In this document: positions 50,815-63,587 of the stretch, piece by piece | How the letters are laid out: each line of letters starts with the position of its first letter | How positions within the stretch are numbered: position 1 is the first letter of the stretch | Source: Haliotis rubra | Lineage: Eukaryota | Length of the DNA: 64,000 nucleotides | Assembly: GCF_003918875.1 (NCBI RefSeq) | Contig: NW_025765400.1 | Span: 1-64,000, forward strand | Reading direction: 5' to 3' | Translations under genes and position numbers: made by a program | The notes under the pieces: generated by a model | The model's database searches: none | What the model saw: only the letters and a program-made list of their open reading frames with translations | What the model was told of the DNA's origin: nothing

Positions 50815-51179
50815 TGTTTTCCACCCACCGAGAAATTGTATATTGGTTTTCAGAGGGATTGTTTTACTGTTTGCCATAATTACATACCGATTCAGCTTTC
50901 ACCATAAAATTAATCATTTGGGAGTTTTAGTGTGGTAGCTCATTAGGAAAAGCATTGATTCGCCATTGCTCACGTCAAGCACATGTCGTGTTCGCTGTTT
51001 TAGGTTGGGGATATTGCTAAACCTGGTCCTCAACAGCTCAATATAAATCATTCATTTTTGCCGACTCTTTCAAACGCGAACATCCATTATTGCAAACTGT
51101 ACAAAAGACTAAATATATATATACTCGAAATTTCTGCTGAAATACACATGACATTTCCGTAATGCAAATGTGAAGTATT

Positions 51180-51950
51180 TTAGCTTATGCTTACAATGAA
51201 TGACAGGTGAAGGTTAAATCGTGTTTTTATCGTATTCATTTCAGTTATTTTATAGAGCATAAACGTGCTAATAAAAAAAGATTAATGCTTTTATGCTGAT
51301 ATCTAGGAAAACATATGGGGAGGTTTATTGGCTTGTCTAATATTTCGAAGCTTCGATTACCAAGTCGTACGAGCAGCAATTTAACAAAATGCATTCATAA
51401 TAGGTTTATGTCTTTTGTATGATTATTAGAGCTAAAATTTGAATTGTGACTCAAAAGTATATAACTGAATATCTGACGTCAAATACGACCCTCTGCATGA
51501 TATATTGTTATGTAACAAGTTTATGCAACCAGGAAGAGTGTTTATAGTTTAGTATGGTGTTTCTATTGACAGTTAGGAGGGGTTAGTGCTGTGCCATATC
51601 TAGACTTGTGCTGCATGTAGATCTTTGGAGGTACCACGTAGTACTACAATCGACCATCCCAGCATAGACCATCCCAGCATAGTCTTACCAAAATTATTAT
51701 GGATGGAGAGATCCCGAACGGCTACGCAATATGTAAGAGGTTTTCTTCTGCCTTCTTCATATCTCATTACACCACGCAAATACCAAATTCATTTACGGAC
51801 TGAAAATCAGAGGAATTTGATACTAACTGAGGGCTGTTGCCGGAGTCGACAAACAATGATGAAAGCTCTTGTCATTAACTCACTCAACACGCCTGTATTA
51901 TTCCGTGAGGAGATACCATCTTCAACAAAAGTAATTTACAAGAAATAAAG
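51180..51950. repeat. Duplicated upstream flank of the peptide genes (paralog at about 62330-63050)
   Basis: Collinear blocks, e.g. tttcgaagcttcgattacca, caaccaggaagagtgtt, aactcactcaacacgcctgtattattccgtgagg. Confidence 0.85.
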
Positions 51951-53309
51951 TGGTGAATATAAGTCACAGCACTCCTTTCACATCCAGAGGAAAGCGATTA
52001 GATATACTTAATGCATCTTGCATGTGACATATTTTTACATGCGAACTGCAGGGACAAGCTGTATTTTTATATTACTGCATCTGACGCGTGAAGAGATACA
52101 TTTTTAAAAGTTGGGATCATGTTTAAAGTATTTCTATTCGCCATCCTCGGCAGTCGACCAGGAACAAATTCTATATATCAATATAACTTCACTCATCTGC
52201 ATCCTTCTTGTTCTATGAGTCAAACATTGATATTGACTGTTATATTTACCGCAAGTATTGCTAGCATTTTCAAAAAAAAATACGGTTTTAAGTGTATGTT
52301 TCAGTTGAACATTATCCACAAAAGCGCAAATATGTTTTCTTTTTTCCCCTGTCACTGTCCGTATGAATACAAATTACATACGCCCACTTTACATGATTAA
52401 AAAGTTTACCAGACACACTGAGGGTTTATTATATGTCATAAAAGTGAACCCTGCCAGGGCATAATATGCCTATTGTAGTAGTAGAATACATTCTCTAATT
52501 AACACCTGCCACAAGGGCCATTCCTTTTCAGTTTGTCATGCAGTTGGTGTATTCACGAAAACTTCATGAACTTGTCAACAGGCAATTGGTTGTGTTGTCC
52601 AAACACGGGCGGATTGAGGCAATTAATACATAAATTCCCTGTTTAATAAATCATAGGGTGACTAGATTAATTTGATCATTTACAAGAAGTAAGTGACAGA
52701 ATTCTTTAAGTCATCATCATTTTAGATCACGTTAAATCATTTCTAGAGAAACCAGTACACAAGCCCACACCATAGATGTTTCCATAAAGATACATATGAA
52801 CGATTCCAGTCTAACAAAAGCATTAAATCCCTAATAAGCAAGTCGACGTGATCTCTAATGCCCAGGATTTATAACCACTTATTATCACAATAGTTTAGGA
52901 AAAATGTTCAAATCTGGAGTCACCTGCTATTTACTGAGGGTCTCAAAAGGCTTGAAACGACGTCTGCACATTTATCTCTGTATGTATCAATATGAAATGT
53001 GTCTGTCACTGTTGTGACACCCGACATTAAGGAAATTATATGTTAAGAAAATACTAAAACCTGTATTGAGAACAAGACGCCAATTGTAACCCAATGCTTG
53101 TTTGGTCGGCATTCTTGAAGTACGACTTTACATATACCAATTTACTGTTGACGTATAGAGGGGCGTTCCCGTGTATATTCTTACATCATTATCAGGCACA
53201 GTGAAAGAACCCCAAAAGGGGCGAATAACCACATCCACATTTTTAATAAGTTTTGATCCCTTGATGACATGGATGTGTCCGAGAAAAGCCATGGTAGGAC
53301 TCATAGCTT

Positions 53310-56300
53310 GTCGCCATCAAGGATGGCCAAACATTCTTCCTCATCTAATTATGTACCTGAATTCCAAAAATATCAAAAACAGCAAGAAAAGAAAGCTATT
53401 AATTTCAAATCAGATATTAGGGAAGACTACAATGAAACCTTTTCGATGCATGAGCTTCATACGTCTCTAGATCAGGCTCATGATATTGCATCAGGAGCTG
53501 ATAACATACATTATCAACTCCTGAAGCACTTACCAGAATCATCTTTTGAGACGCTCTTACATATTTTTTTATGACATTTGGACATCTGGAAACTTTCCTT
53601 CGTCGTGGCGTGATGCTATAATTGTTCCCATCCCTAAACCTCGACGTGATCATACTGATCCTTCCAATTATAGGCCAATTTCACTTACTAGCTGCGTTTG
53701 CAAGACCATGGAACGCATGATAAATAATCCACTTGTTTGGTACTTGGAAACCAATAACCTAATATCAGATATATAATGTGGTATCCGCAAAAACAGAAGT
53801 ACCATCGATCATTTAGTGCGTTTGGAATCTTTTGTTAAGAATGCCATAATTATTAAACAACATGCAGTGTCGATCTTTTTCGATCTAGAAAAAGCATATG
53901 ACACCACATGGAAACGAATCTGCAAAAACCACCCGGACAAAATCCACCCGGACAAAATCCACCCCAAAATTGCAACCTAGGACAAAATCCACCCGGAAAA
54001 AAACCCCCGGACAAAATCCACCCTATGAAAAAAAAACTAATGACATGTTTAGTCACAGAAATGAATTATATTCATATCAGTCATTCATAATCGATAACAA
54101 ACACAACCAAAATATATATGTAAGCACATTTTTGCATTTATAAATATGACAAGATCACATTTTCACATTTCACATTTATGAATTATTCATGCATCAATAC
54201 ATATATAAATATGAGAACAGCATATATTTTCACACATTCAGACATATCTATGACTTAACATCTTGCCACATTTCAACAACGCATTTCAACAACGCTCTAA
54301 CTTCTGCTGGATGGGAAGTAGCGGAGTCTAGAAGAACCTGGTTTGGTGTCTCTCGGGATGTACTGGCCTTCTGCTTCATTTCTGATCAAAGTGTGAGACT
54401 ACTTAATGATACATGAAAGAGGATTAAGTAGTGATCAAAATGTGACAAATGGAGAAACCTTTAATGTTTGAAACAACATCTAGGAACAACAGCCAATTAG
54501 GAAAATGCTATCAAAACAATGCTTGCAATGCTTGAGAAAAACAACTTGATCAAAGATCAGGACACACTAAAACTTTTAACAATAGCAATTTGAGAAGGGT
54601 GGATTTTGTCCATTTTTTTGTTAAGAAGAGGTGGATTTTGTCCGGGGTGGCAATTTTGGGGTGGATTTTGTCCGGGTGGATTTTGTCCGGTCACCCATGG
54701 AAACATGGTATTTTAAAAGACTTACATGACTTTGGATTACGAGGCCGTTTGCCTCAATTTATATCCAACTCTTTAAATGACAGACAATTTCAAGTCCGAG
54801 TTGGTTCAACCCTGTCTGATCATTACAATCAGGATCAGGGTGTAGCACAAGGCAGTATTTTGTCTGTCACTTTGTTTAGCATCAAGATCAACAGTTTATC
54901 CAAGGTGTTAAATGATTCAATTGATGGATCACTTTTTGTGGATCATTTTAATATTTCTTGTCGTGGTAAAAATATGCATACTATTGAACGGCAACTGCAA
55001 TTGTGTTTAAACAAAATAAATAAATGCATATGGTGTCTTGAAAACGGCTTTAAATTTTCTAAATCAAAAACTTATTGTATACATATCTGCCGTACGTACC
55101 CACCTCATAAACTATTTATTAAATGGCACTCCCATCAAAGTCGTCAAGGAGGCGAAGTTCTTGGGTCTAATTTTTGACTCCCATTTAACGTTTCTGCCAT
55201 ATGTTAAATCCCTTAAAGCTAAATGTCTGAAGGCACTTGACTTATTAAAAGTCGTTTCCAATTCTAAGTGGGGAAGGGATCAAACTGCTCTCCTACACCT
55301 GTATCGATCACTGGTCCGTTACAAACTTGATTATAGCTCCATCGTTTATGGTGGAGCCTGCAAAAGCAACCTTAAACTATTAGATTCTGTCCACCACCAA
55401 GGTCTGAGACTTTGTATTCGGTCATTCAGAACTTCTCCTGTTGACATTCTCTACGTCGAGGTCGATGAGCCGTCTCTTACACAACGCCATATCAAATTAT
55501 CTTTACAATATATTACCCAACTATATTCTAACGAGTCTAACCCTGCATTCAACTGTGTTTTCAACCCTCTTTACGAGGATCTGTACAACAAAAAGTCTTC
55601 TCTTGCTCCGCCTCTGGGACTAAGAGTCAAACCTTTCCTTTCTGCTACTGGCATTGAGCTACAAAATATAGCTCCTTCCCGTCTTCTTTCTCCTCCTCCT
55701 TGGCAATTAGTGAGGCCACAAGTTGACCTAACACTGACAACATTTAAAAAATCAGAAACTAATGAATTACAATATTAACACGAATATAACTAATTAAAAA
55801 CTAAATATAATACATACAAATCATTATTTACACATGGGTCCAAGGATGGTGGCGCTGTTTGTTGTGCCACTGTCATTGGATCCAGAGCAATATCTTCTCG
55901 ACTACCAGATAACGGTTCTATTTTCACAGCAGAAGCAAATGCCATATTAACAGATTTAAAATATATTCAAGAACACCCTAAAAATAAACAATATATAAAC
56001 TATTCGTGCCTTCAGGCTATAAAAATCTTTCTTGCAAACATCCACTTTTAATTCAAATTATAGAATTATGTAATGATCTTGCTACTGGCCAATACGACAT
56101 CATCCTCTGTTGGTTACCCAGCCACGTTGGTATTTCTGGGAACACAAAGGCCGATCTTGCTACTAAGGCAGCACTCAACAAATCTGTGACACCACTTCTT
56201 ATTCCATACTCTGATTATAAAGCTGTCATCAAATCTTATATCCGTGATCTAATGCAGAAGAAGTGGGACACCCAAGTAGGTATCAATAAATTACATGCAA

Positions 56301-57150
56301 TAAAACCTTATATTTTGGTTATACCTACTTGGGTTGTCAGTCCAGATTTGAAGAAGTCATCATACGACGATGTCGTATTGGCCACACAAGATATACTCAT
56401 GAATACCTACTGAGGATCCTAGATGAGGATCCTCCGTTTTACATCCCTTGTGATGAAAGAATCACGGTCAAGCTGTCTTGCTTGACTGTGTTGAATATTC
56501 CATCAAAAGTGATAACTATTTCAAATCACGAACTACGAAGGATCATTTTAATAATATCAGTTCTCAGTTAATTATTGCATTTTTGAAAGAATTAGATTTG
56601 TTAACTTATTTGTAAATAGAATATTATTTTATGATTGGGAGTTTAAATTAGTAACCCAGATTTTTAGTGGCTGTATCCTCAAAAAAGGGTTTAAGTACTG
56701 TAAAATTATTGTCCCCCCGAGAGGGTACGTAAGTCCACAAGCATTCAAAGTAAATTAGAACTCTCCACTATTTTTAATCGTAGAATATGTGTACTCTTAA
56801 ATGTATGGCTAGATCTGTCTTAGTTGCTAATGGCTGAAGGGATGGTATAAATCCAGCTAGGGTCCATGTAGGAAGCAAATGTACTGTAAGTCCCCATGGT
56901 CCCTGGTATGGTGATCTAACTTCAGTTGTTGGCAAGATATACCCTGTTTTTACACTTGTCATTTATAGTTAACATGTTTTAGATTTAATTACTGGTTTTA
57001 AATTTATATTTGTGATAAACTAGTAGTTTTACTGTTCTTCGTCAACACTGTTATTTCTAATTTTATTGATCAATAATATAATTATTAATTGTTCTCGTCA
57101 CGATATGGCTGAAATATTGCCGATGGGACGATATATATTAACTCACTCAC
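53310..57150 (+). mobile_element. 5'-truncated I/Nimb-type LINE (RT + RNase H + 3' UTR, (ACTC)n tail), degenerate
   Basis: NYRPISLTSCVCK, FFDLEKAYDTTWK|HGIL, QGSILSVTLF, KFLGLIFD, WLPSHVGISGNTKAD, RCRIGHTRYTH. Ends ...gccgatgggacgatatatattaactcactcac. Confidence 0.92.
53916..54695. mobile_element. Mutator-like non-autonomous element with tandem-repeat TIRs, inserted in the LINE RT
   Basis: 9-bp TSD catggaaac. Inverted arrays of the 15-bp unit ccggacaaaatccac at both ends. Removing the element restores ...DTTWKHGIL... Confidence 0.85.
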
Positions 57151-58083
57151 TGACTCAAAAGCGGTTTCAAAATTATTGTCAATATGTGGAATAGCCACTC
57201 CTTTGCACTAGGTTATTTGGGCAAACATCCCAACATTAACTTCCATTTCTGCAAATTCCATTATTTGTTCCGATTACCAAACCTCTACAGTATCTAATGT
57301 CACTATTTCAATGTGTAATCTGTTATGTGGTATACGGTAGGCATTTCTAGTGTTAAACAAAATCAACTGTTTTGGGCCATATTTGACTCCAATGAGTTGC
57401 GAGAATTATTCACTTTTTCAAATAATTGTATACTTCAGGTACCACAGTCCACCTGAATCAAAGACTTAAAAATAGAGATGCGTGTATATAAACCAGCTGT
57501 TAAATGTGCGGCTTCATCACTTCAGGGTTTTACCGCCTACAGCAGACATTGTTTTATCGCCATTCTAGCAGTGAGTCAATAATGAAGAACACAACTTGAT
57601 GGATAGCTTCATACCGGTGTAAGAATCGACACCAAAACGTCTTTCTATGCAATATACAAGGAGTTATCATCCATTACAGAATAAAAGCTCTTAGTAAATG
57701 ATGAGTCTGTGGAAGCAGAACAAAAACTATTACAATCATTTTCACAGCACAAATAAATAAATGTTAATGCGACAGCGTGTCACACGGTCTTTGTACTCTC
57801 ATTTGATTTGTACTGACGCTTCTTGTCATGCTTTTGTTATTAATCTGTAGCAGTTCGGATTGATATGTAAATCTAGTTTATATTATAATGCAATTGTTGA
57901 TGATATAACATTTCTTTGTCCTCATTGGTTTCACAGAGATTCCTTTACCTACAGAATTGAAGACAACTGAAGACACCGACAAGTAAAACATGTATCAGAA
58001 CTAGTGTTGCAGAACAAAATTGATTTATTGCTCATTTCGTTCTGATGCACATTGGGATCTTAGTGAACGCGTTCCTCTCCATC

Positions 58084-59618
58084 TCATCTTTCAGTGCCAG
58101 AACTTGACACACTTCGCCTTCTCAGACCGCCGGCGAAACCAAACCGACGACGATAATTTGTAATTGATCTTGTGAACCGTGCTCTTGCATACCCTGTTTT
58201 GAAAAAGGAAAATAGAAGAATGATGTAATTTGTTAGACAATTGGAAAAGCCCCTTTCATGGTGACTTATCATTCCACCATAACAATCACATTATATGAAG
58301 TAAATTCCAATGCCAAATGACACCATGACCATAAAATGTAGAATATAACAGATTAAATAAATATACAAAATATTCAACATATATATCAAATACTTTAACT
58401 GAACATTATTCTTCACAATATATTTTAAAAGTCAATTCAGTTTTGACATGCATTAGACAGATTAATCATAATAATAGTGATTAAAAGTGGTTCTCAATCC
58501 CTGTAAACTGACAGATATATTTGGTCCCGAAGTTGTCCCTATGTAATATCATATTAGAAACTGTCCCCCTCTTCCGACATCTCTCTATTCCGAATTCCGG
58601 TACTCAGATCAGGTTCCAAAGCATGTTTTTTAGTGCAAATTGACTCTCTCTATTTCTTTGTACCTGAACTCATAATAGCAGGACAATACAAAACATGAAC
58701 TTGACAGCTGTAGCCGCGCGGTTGATTAATATCTTGTCTTTCATTGCTGTCAGCAATATTGTATTTGCCTTGCCCTTGAACTTGAACAACTACTCTGTTT
58801 TGAGCTGATATTGTAATTCCTTTGTAATGAGATGTCGTGCTTTTTATTCTTCATAATGTTTATGTGATTCTCTAGTATTTTTACTGTCCATCGTCGACAT
58901 GTTTTAATCTTCCAAATGATTTCACTTTTTATTGTATAAATTGTTTTCGTCACTATATGGCTGAGATATTGCCAATGTGACGTTAAATATTAACTCACTC
59001 ACTCCTAATGTTTATGTAATCGCTGATTGTACAGAACTTTTTTTTTGTCGGTTTTACATGGAATTACCGTATTTCCAGATTCTGGGTTAACTTATTGGGT
59101 TCACTATTGGATAACTTCAGAATCGACACCTAACACAATCAACATTTGACTTCGACTTACTAGTTGGGACCAGCTTGATTTGTTGCCGTTCTGCAACAAC
59201 ACATTCTTCAGTCAACAGTGTGGCTGCAAAAAGAACAAAGTACGCCTAAAGTGAAATTCAACTCTGATATCCTATCAAAAAATATGTGTAACACCAAAGC
59301 CAGTAAGATCACATCCAAAACACACAATAGTATCTGTCCGCGTGTTAGCCATGATTAGCAGGAAGTCCAATATTTTCATCATTGTGATAGATGCTTAGGC
59401 TTCTACATTCAGATAACTGAATCGCAAGGAATAACACTTAAGTGTCCCAATCTTTCAGAACCATCTTTTCTTTATCTACCATGACCTACTAGATCATAAA
59501 CAGATACAAGCAAATTATGTACATTGTACCAGTTCTTATAGTTTCGGTATTATACTGTGCTGGTGTAAACACAAGTGTAACTATACATACCAAGAACCAT
59601 CAGGAGAAGCAGCTTCAT
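58084..59618 (-). CDS. Secreted prepropeptide, copy 4 (66 aa). Exons 59618-59591, 59223-59161, 58193-58084
   Basis: MKLLLLMVL|ATLLTEECVVA-ERQQIKLVPT|RYARARFTR-SITNYRRRFGFAGGL-RRRSVSSSGTER*. Donors GTATGT/GTAAGT, acceptors TTGCAG/AAACAG. Intact frame. AATAAA at 58029-58024. Confidence 0.9.
58866..59005 (+). mobile_element. 5'-truncated LINE 3' end in intron 2 of copy 4
   Basis: TSD taatgtttatgt; (ACTC) tail. Empty site in copy 2 (about 38945). Confidence 0.85.
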
Positions 59619-59659
59619 GTTCGTTAATAATATGTCGCAACACAATCTACAGCAAGGAT

Positions 59660-59697
59660 AGAAGTGATGCTACTTGTCGCAACAATGACTATAAATA
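59660..59697 (-). promoter_or_regulatory. Core promoter of peptide gene copy 4
   Basis: TATTTATA at 59697-59690; Inr-like TCACTT with A at 59665. Confidence 0.65.
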
Positions 59698-60254
59698 TGT
59701 TTTCCACCCCCAGAGAAATTGTTCATTGGTTGCAGCTGGTACTCAAGTAGATCATAATTATTTTCACATTAATTAATTAAATACTGATTCAGGTTACATC
59801 ATAACAAATGTGGTGTAGCCCAGTATGGCATTGATTCGTTATAACTCATGTGGGTTCTGTTTCTGGTTCTCTCTCACAAGTCAGGGATAATGCTAAACTT
59901 GATCCTTAACTCAATATCCAATATGGATCATTCAGATGATATTTTTCCCTGTGCTGTAAACGCAAATATATGTAATTGCAAAATGGACAAAATCATAATT
60001 TCGAAATTGTGTTTTTAATTCGAAAATGGGCATTTGTATGGTAGTACATATGTGCATGCCAGCTTTTTAATGTAAATGGCAATTGGCTTAAAAAACGTAA
60101 TTCTAAATTGGCCTAGTAATGATAATCTGAGAACTGATTGCATTCTGGTAGAGCGAGAGTGTTTAATCCTAAGGAAAGACAAAAGTGTTCAGAGAAGTGT
60201 GAGTAGACTCGAATAACAAACACACACACAGACACACACATACACGTACACATA

Positions 60255-61992
60255 TATACATAATTCCTGATGTTCAAGAAACAACATTATACATATTTAC
60301 TGAAATCATTTGAATGACTGAAATATTGATATTACTCTTAAAGTCAGTCTGGTTTTCATAGATATGTCTTCATTTTAGGAACAAGGTACAGCACATTGAT
60401 TTTCATGAATTTTATTGGATTGTGTTCATGAATTTTTATTTGAACATGGGAGTGTTCAGTGACACCTAGAACTACATTGAATCGTTGCCTTGTAACACTT
60501 GCAGCGATTGATCTGACAACACTTTGAGCCAGCATTGTTGCATTTAGTGAAACCTTGTCCACTACACTACAGTAAGAGTGTTGGTGAACAGCTTGCCGAA
60601 GGGAAATGGTTTTCTCAATGTTGAAGTCATCTGCAGAGTACAGTCTCGTAACACACATGTCGAATTGGTTACGAGCATACTTCCTATCGAGCTCACCACT
60701 TTTCACTGCCATAGTACACATTTCGATGTCACTGCACTCAATCACAACACCTGAATGGTTTCTTGGTTGGATGAAATGACATCTAGTTGACTGTTCTCTT
60801 CAGGAGTCTTCAGGATGTCAGTCGGCAAGCTAGTTGATTTCAATCCAGTGCGAGCGTCAGACCCTAACAGCGCCGCAAATGGAGATCTCCTGACTTTAGT
60901 CCCACAATCCAATTACTTGTATCATTATCACCAATCCAAGCAATAAGCATATCCTTGATGTCACAATTTGCCCTTTCTACTGAACCTTCACTTTGGCGGT
61001 ATCTTGGTTTTCCATGTACCATCACCAAAAATCTTCAGCTCAGAAATAACCTGGGCAGTAAATCCAGATCCATTATCACTTTGAAGAACGGATGGGGCAC
61101 CTAGGAGGAGGAAGATGTCAAGAAGCTGATACGCCACTTCTACTGCGCGTTTAGAACTCAGTGGCCGCAATACACAAAACTTAGTCAGATGGTCTGGATA
61201 CGCCATGATCCATTTGAACTGTCCTTGAGTTATGGATTGCATGTCGATAAGATCGACTTGTGCTCTGGAGTCTTTGGAGATGATTGGCTTTACTACGGTC
61301 CCTTTTGTTGTAGCTCTCTTACGCTTCCGCTGACATTCAACACACAAGTTCTTGAAAAGGGGTCAATGCTTCAATGGTTATGTCTGCGTAGTTCTTGGCC
61401 AGTTCATGAACCATTTTGTCCCGTCCCCCATGGCCCGTCGCAACGTGACCCTGTTTGACAACTTCATAGGTCTCTTCTATGGAAATGAAGTACAGGGGTG
61501 TTTCTTCTTCATGCTGACGTCTTCTTATCAGTCTGTTAATGTCACCACACTGGAGAACTTCATACTTCTTAAGAAGATAATACTGATGAGGAGTCTTCTT
61601 GGAGGTCTTGGATGCTTCTGGGAGGTCGCTGATGATTTTATAGTATTCTTCCATTGGTATCAGAACACGTTTGTTCGTCTCATAAATCTTGAAAAGTCCT
61701 TCTTTGTTGTGACTGAACTACACTAAGCCTTTGATCCTGCTGTATTTTATATACCATAAGAAGATATATCTATGAAAATCTGACTGACTTTCAATGTAAT
61801 ATCAGTATTTCAGTAATTGAAATGATTTCAGGAAATATGTATAATTTTGTTTCTTAACTTTCAGGAATTATGTATAATTACTAAAAATTTCAGTAAATAT
61901 GCCTAATTCCTGAGTGAATCAGACATTATATATAATTACTGAAATTTTCAGAAATTATACATATTTACTGATTTTACATATTTCTTGTAACA
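60255..61992 (-). mobile_element. Ginger-group (KRBA2/SCAND3-like integrase) DNA transposon, degenerate
   Basis: HVATGHGGRDKM...CVECQ (HHCC), RAQVDLIDMQ, DHLTKFCVLRPL, LQSDNGSGF. About 80-bp inverted repeat 60255-60336 / 61796-61876. TGT terminus at 61992; left end truncated. Flanked by CA-rich microsatellites. Confidence 0.8.
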
Positions 61993-63464
61993 TATACACG
62001 TACACGTACACGTACACTTGCACTTACACACACACACACATATGCACATATGGAAGAGATCCTTTAGGGAATCATAAATGAACTTCTACATACATGTCAT
62101 AATGAATTTTGTTTACAGAAAACCAACAGAACTGCGTTGGGCTTTTTAAGATCATAGACCAAAGGTCCCTTGAATACTCAGTGCAAGTTCTTTTCTGGTT
62201 AGGGACATCATAGACTGAAAGTTCCTACACCAATAATTTTCAAATTTAGTTTACGTATGACAAATAAATGGGACGAAGTTGTCAGCGAGTTTTGTCGTAT
62301 ACATTTCAGGGTCATTTTACGGAGTATTAACATGTTAATAATTACGCCGATGCTTTTATGATGATATCTGAGACAAACTGAGGACTAGATTTATTAGCTT
62401 GTCTATTATTTCGAAGCTTCGATTACCATGTCGTACTAGCAGCAACTTCATCAAATGCAATCATAATCAGTTTATGTCTTTTGCATGATTACTTGGGTAA
62501 AATTGTGATTTTGATTCAAAAGTACATACTTGAATACCTGACCTCAAAATCGACTCTCAGCACAATATATCGTTGTGTGGCAAGTTTATTCAACCAGGAA
62601 GAGTGTTCATAATGCAATATGCTGTTTCTGTTGACAGTCGGGATGGGGTAATGATATACCATATCTCGACTTGTGCTACGTTTGGATGGAGAGTTCGTGG
62701 AGGTACCATGTAGTACTGAAAGTGCATGGACAATCCCAACATTTCCTTACCAAGGTTATTATGGATGGAGAGATCCCGAACATCAAGGCAATATATAAGG
62801 GGCGTTCTTCTGCCTTGTTCATATCAAATTCCATCACGCAAATACGAATATTTGTTTTCCGGATTGAAAATCAGGGATATTTAACTGATAAATTTGGGAA
62901 CCAACGTCTGGCAATATCTAAATGATACTGAAGTCAAGTCAAGGTTCGACAACCGACGTTGAAAGCTGTTGTCTTATAAACTCACTCAACACGCCTGTAT
63001 TATTCCGTGAGGGGATACCATTTTCAAGAAAAGTATTTTACATGAAATAAAAGCTATTGTAGAATTCCGACTATATCATGGGCACATGTATCATTACCTT
63101 CCACCGATATAGACTGTTAATCTAGCAGGATCAGATACCTTACATCGTCTTAATCCAAGCAAACTGATTTAAAAAATCTATCCAAAAAGATCCTTCCATG
63201 AAACTGGGATGACAAGGATCACTTCAGGTTTTGCTGAGGAATACTTAGATTTTAAAATCCATCAGAACCTTTTGATATGATTATTGAAGAGAGCGTCATG
63301 CGTCGAATGTTAAAAAAAAGGTTACTGGTTACTGCACTTAAAGGAAGGTTCGGCTTACGTTTGCAAGTCGCCCATGTGACGTTTAATACTCAGTAACTCT
63401 ATCACTCACGCCATCACGCACACACTCACATTTGCAAAAGTCAGTGACTGGTACCACTGGCTCA

Positions 63465-63586
63465 TTATCCCCCGTCGCGCAAAGCGGGGGACAAAGTATT
63501 AAGTTTCGTCCGTCCGTCCGTGCAAATTGGAATATCTTAAGAACCGTTGACTAGAATCTGTCCATACTTGGTACCTAAGTTCATCA
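63465..63586 (+). mobile_element. Helentron/HINE-like non-autonomous element 5' part
   Basis: ttatcccccg...cggggga hairpin followed by a (GTCC)n microsatellite, the layout of DINE-1/HINE-type elements. Confidence 0.5.
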
Positions 63587-63587
63587 G

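Noticed and set aside
58120-58160. Tachykinin-like (FxGxR-amide) or RFamide reading of the peptide cores
   Set aside because: The spacing does not fit FxGxR, the RFG in copy 4 is not followed by a basic cleavage site, and neither motif is conserved across copies, whereas GFx[GS][GS]L is.
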